Assembly (NCBI GenBank): GCA_963708985.1
Contig: CAVPUQ010000006.1
Location: forward strand, 327,451-391,450
Length of the DNA: 64,000 bases
From: an uncultured Actinomycetes bacterium
GTDB taxonomy: Bacteria > Actinomycetota > UBA4738 > HRBIN12
Direction of reading: 5' to 3'
Part shown: positions 60,268 through 64,000 of the stretch, piece after piece
Numbering within the stretch: the stretch's first letter is position 1
Layout: each line of letters begins with the position of its first letter
The notes under the pieces: model-generated
Database searches by the model: none
The model's input: the letters and a program-made list of their open reading frames with translations, nothing else
What the model was told of the DNA's origin: nothing
Made by a program: the position numbers and the translations under genes

Positions 60268-61403
60268 ACGTGCCGCGCGAGCTCGTCGAAGCAGCGGTCG
60301 ATGTCTGCCTCGGTGTTGAAGAAGTGGGGGCTGATGCGCAAGCCATCGCCCCGGAAGTCCGTGCAGACGTCCCGCGCGAGCAGCGCGTGGCAGATCTCGT
60401 CGGCTCGCGCGCCGACGCCGACGTTCACCACCCCGCCCCGAGCCTCGCGATCGCGCGGCGTCCGCACCGGCAGGCCGAGCGCATCGGCGCGCGCGATCAC
60501 GTGATCCGTGAGCTCACCCTGGCGCGCTCGGATCCGCTCCGGCGTGACCTCGGTGATCACGTCCATCCCACCCTGCGCGAGGTACACGACCGGGGCCGGT
60601 GGGGTGCCGTGCTCGAGGCGCCTCGCGCTCGCGTGGTACTCGAGGTGCTGGAGGTCGAACGAGAATGGGTCCGCGGTCGCGAACCATCCGGTGACCGAGG
60701 GCTCCAGCATCGGGAGCACGTCCCGCCGCGCGTACAGGAACGCCAGCCCAGGTCCGCCGCACATCCACTTCAGGACGCCGGCGGTGTAGAGGTCGCAGCC
60801 GAGGTCGTGCAGGTCGAGCGGCACGATCCCCAGGCCGTGGTAGTCATCCACCAACGAGAGCGCGCCACGTTCGCGCGCGATCCGGCAGACCTCCTTCGCG
60901 TCGACGAGCGCGCTCGAGCGGTAGAGCACGCGGTTCACCATGACGAGCGCGGTGCGCTCATCGATCGCGCGGTCGAACTCCTCGAGCGGGATCGTCAGGC
61001 CGTCGGGGGAACGGAGCCAGTCGATCTCCACCCCGCGCGAGCGCTGCGCGAGCCACACGTGCCCGTCGGTCGGGAAGTCGAGCTCGGACAGGACGACCTT
61101 GGGACGCTCGCGGACGTCGAGCGCCGAGGCGACCGTCGACAGAGCGATCGAGATGTTCGTGGTGATGGCGACCTCGTCGGCCTCACAACCGGTGAGCGCG
61201 GCGAAGGATCGCTTGAGCGCCCCCATCGCGGGGAAGATGTGGTCCGTCCAGACGTGGTCGGGCGCGCCCTTGCTCGCCCACACGTCCAGATAGGCCTCGA
61301 GCTGCGCCCTCGCGCGCGTCGAGATCGGCCCGAGCGAGGCGCTGATGAGGTAGGCCTTGCGCTCGACGACCGGGAACTCGTCACGGTAGGCGGCAAGGTC
61401 CAT
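60264..61403 (-). CDS. Class-V aminotransferase-fold PLP enzyme (kynureninase-like family)
   Basis: ATG 61403 gives the last 379 codons of ORF 60264..62099. VDDYHGLG and YTAGVLKWMCGGPGLAFLY (PLP-Lys region). The upstream 230 codons of the ORF are an Arg/Pro-rich spurious extension. Confidence 0.75.
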   Translation of the reverse strand: MDLAAYRDEFPVVERKAYLISASLGPISTRARAQLEAYLDVWASKGAPDHVWTDHIFPAMGALKRSFAALTGCEADEVAITTNISIALSTVASALDVRERPKVVLSELDFPTDGHVWLAQRSRGVEIDWLRSPDGLTIPLEEFDRAIDERTALVMVNRVLYRSSALVDAKEVCRIARERGALSLVDDYHGLGIVPLDLHDLGCDLYTAGVLKWMCGGPGLAFLYARRDVLPMLEPSVTGWFATADPFSFDLQHLEYHASARRLEHGTPPAPVVYLAQGGMDVITEVTPERIRARQGELTDHVIARADALGLPVRTPRDREARGGVVNVGVGARADEICHALLARDVCTDFRGDGLRISPHFFNTEADIDRCFDELARHV

Positions 61404-61426
61404 CGCGGCATCGTACGCGGCGGACG

Positions 61427-61855
61427 TCAGCGCCGGGCGCCGGGTGCGCCGACCCCGTGCGGGCGATAGACGTACTCGAGCTTCATGCGATCGGGGTCCT
61501 CGAAGTACACCGCGTAGTTGGGTGACTCCTCCGTTCCCATCTCCATCGGTCCGTCGTACAGGATCGCTACGCCGTGCTCGACCAGCCAGCGATGGAGCTC
61601 TTCCACCGCTTCCTGGGAGGGGGCGAGGAAGGCGAGGTGATTCACGCCGATCCGCTTGCGATGGAAGCCGTGGTACAGGAATGGCTCGCGCGTCTGGACG
61701 AGGGTGATGTAGCAGGTGTCGGTGCCGAACGAGACCCAGTGCCCGCCGCGCTCGAGCTCCTTCAGACCGAGGCGGGTGAGCAGTCCTCCGTAGAAGGCCT
61801 CGGATGCCTCGAGGTTCCGGACGTTCAGGTCGAGATGGTGGAGCACCTGTCCCAC
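61427..61855 (-). CDS. VOC/glyoxalase-family protein
   Basis: ORF 61427..61855. [21 protein letters not shown]...GVNHLAF...[12 protein letters not shown]. Confidence 0.8.
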   Translation of the reverse strand: MGQVLHHLDLNVRNLEASEAFYGGLLTRLGLKELERGGHWVSFGTDTCYITLVQTREPFLYHGFHRKRIGVNHLAFLAPSQEAVEELHRWLVEHGVAILYDGPMEMGTEESPNYAVYFEDPDRMKLEYVYRPHGVGAPGARR

Positions 61856-61861
61856 GGGCTG

Positions 61862-62167
61862 TCAGTCCTCGGCGTCGTCGTCCTCGGGAGGGGCGCCCTC
61901 GTGCTGCTCGAGGTAGTCGACGTAGAGCGGCCGGAGCGCCTCCGCGAGCTCGCCTCGGTCCGCATCGACCAGGTCGTTCAGCAACGCGAGGGGGCGGATG
62001 ATGTCGGTCTCGCTCCGCTCCTCGTCCCCGGCCACGGCACGGGCCTCGGGGATCGTCCTCAGCAGGTCCCAGAGGAACCCGACGTCGAGCCGCCGCCAAG
62101 CGAGGCGGGTCGCGCGGTCATGCAGCTCGGCCGACGGGAGCTGCTCGAGCTCGGCCCGATCGGTCAC
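61862..62167 (-). CDS. Small acidic hypothetical protein (101 aa)
   Basis: GTG 62167 in the tail of ORF 61862..63667. [24 protein letters not shown]...[21 protein letters not shown]. The codon pattern looks coding. No family recognised. Confidence 0.4.
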   Translation of the reverse strand: MTDRAELEQLPSAELHDRATRLAWRRLDVGFLWDLLRTIPEARAVAGDEERSETDIIRPLALLNDLVDADRGELAEALRPLYVDYLEQHEGAPPEDDDAED

Positions 62168-62278
62168 AGGATGAGCATAGCCGGGTCCTCCCGGTCGCGA
62201 GGTATCGTCGCCCGCGTCCAGCACCGGTCGCCCAGATCGCCGACCGACGATGTCGGTGCCGCCCGTAGGATAGGCCCC

Positions 62279-64000
<1,722 letters not shown>

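Noticed and set aside
61404-62099. The N-terminal 230-codon extension of reverse ORF 60264..62099.
   Set aside because: It is an Arg/Pro-rich read-through across the VOC gene in another frame. The aminotransferase-fold protein begins at ATG 61403.

Overview
This is a very GC-rich, gene-dense core-chromosome window. Gene order and gene families suggest a Gram-positive, Actinobacteria-like organism.

Gene content, left to right:
- The distal dcw cell-wall and division cluster is complete: murE-murF-mraY-murD-ftsW-murG-murC-murB-ftsQ-ftsZ. It is followed by pgeF-yggS-sepF-yggT-divIVA.
- ileS lies on the reverse strand and carries a T-box leader.
- Next come a DUF167 gene, a DksA/TraR-like gene, lspA, rluD, a standalone Cas4/RecB-like PD-(D/E)XK nuclease, and dnaE.
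- A hisA(priA-type)-trpC-trpB-trpA block follows.
- A Liv-type branched-chain amino-acid ABC operon sits next to an ornithine-cyclodeaminase-family gene and an FAD oxidase gene.
- The remainder holds tRNA-Leu(CAA), two polar-amino-acid ABC operons, an FTR1 iron permease, polA-rpsA-coaE, small metabolic genes, three signal-peptide hypotheticals, uvrB, four more enzymes, and the 5' part of uvrA.

I recognised no CRISPR array, transposase, integrase, phage, toxin-antitoxin or defence content. I cannot point to a convincing novel system.

The dominant anomaly is about 80-90 frame disruptions (counted by manual tracing). Nearly all are single-base and most are +1. They are packed into discrete blocks, while stretches of 8-13 kb are perfectly clean. 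Essential genes are hit (ileS, mraY, lspA, polA). The segments between shifts keep textbook motifs and contain no stop codons. I therefore read this as insertion-biased consensus error, not biology, but it needs read-level confirmation.

Secondary points of interest:
- the ileS T-box
- a perfect DnaA box pair upstream of dnaE
- a hisA homologue embedded in the trp operon
- an AT-rich repeat island upstream of ftsZ
- a perfect 15-bp hairpin between the liv binding-protein gene and livH
- an intact trio of unknown exported proteins

Genes that cannot be read in one frame are typed pseudogene 'as read'. That label does not mean I believe they are dead.
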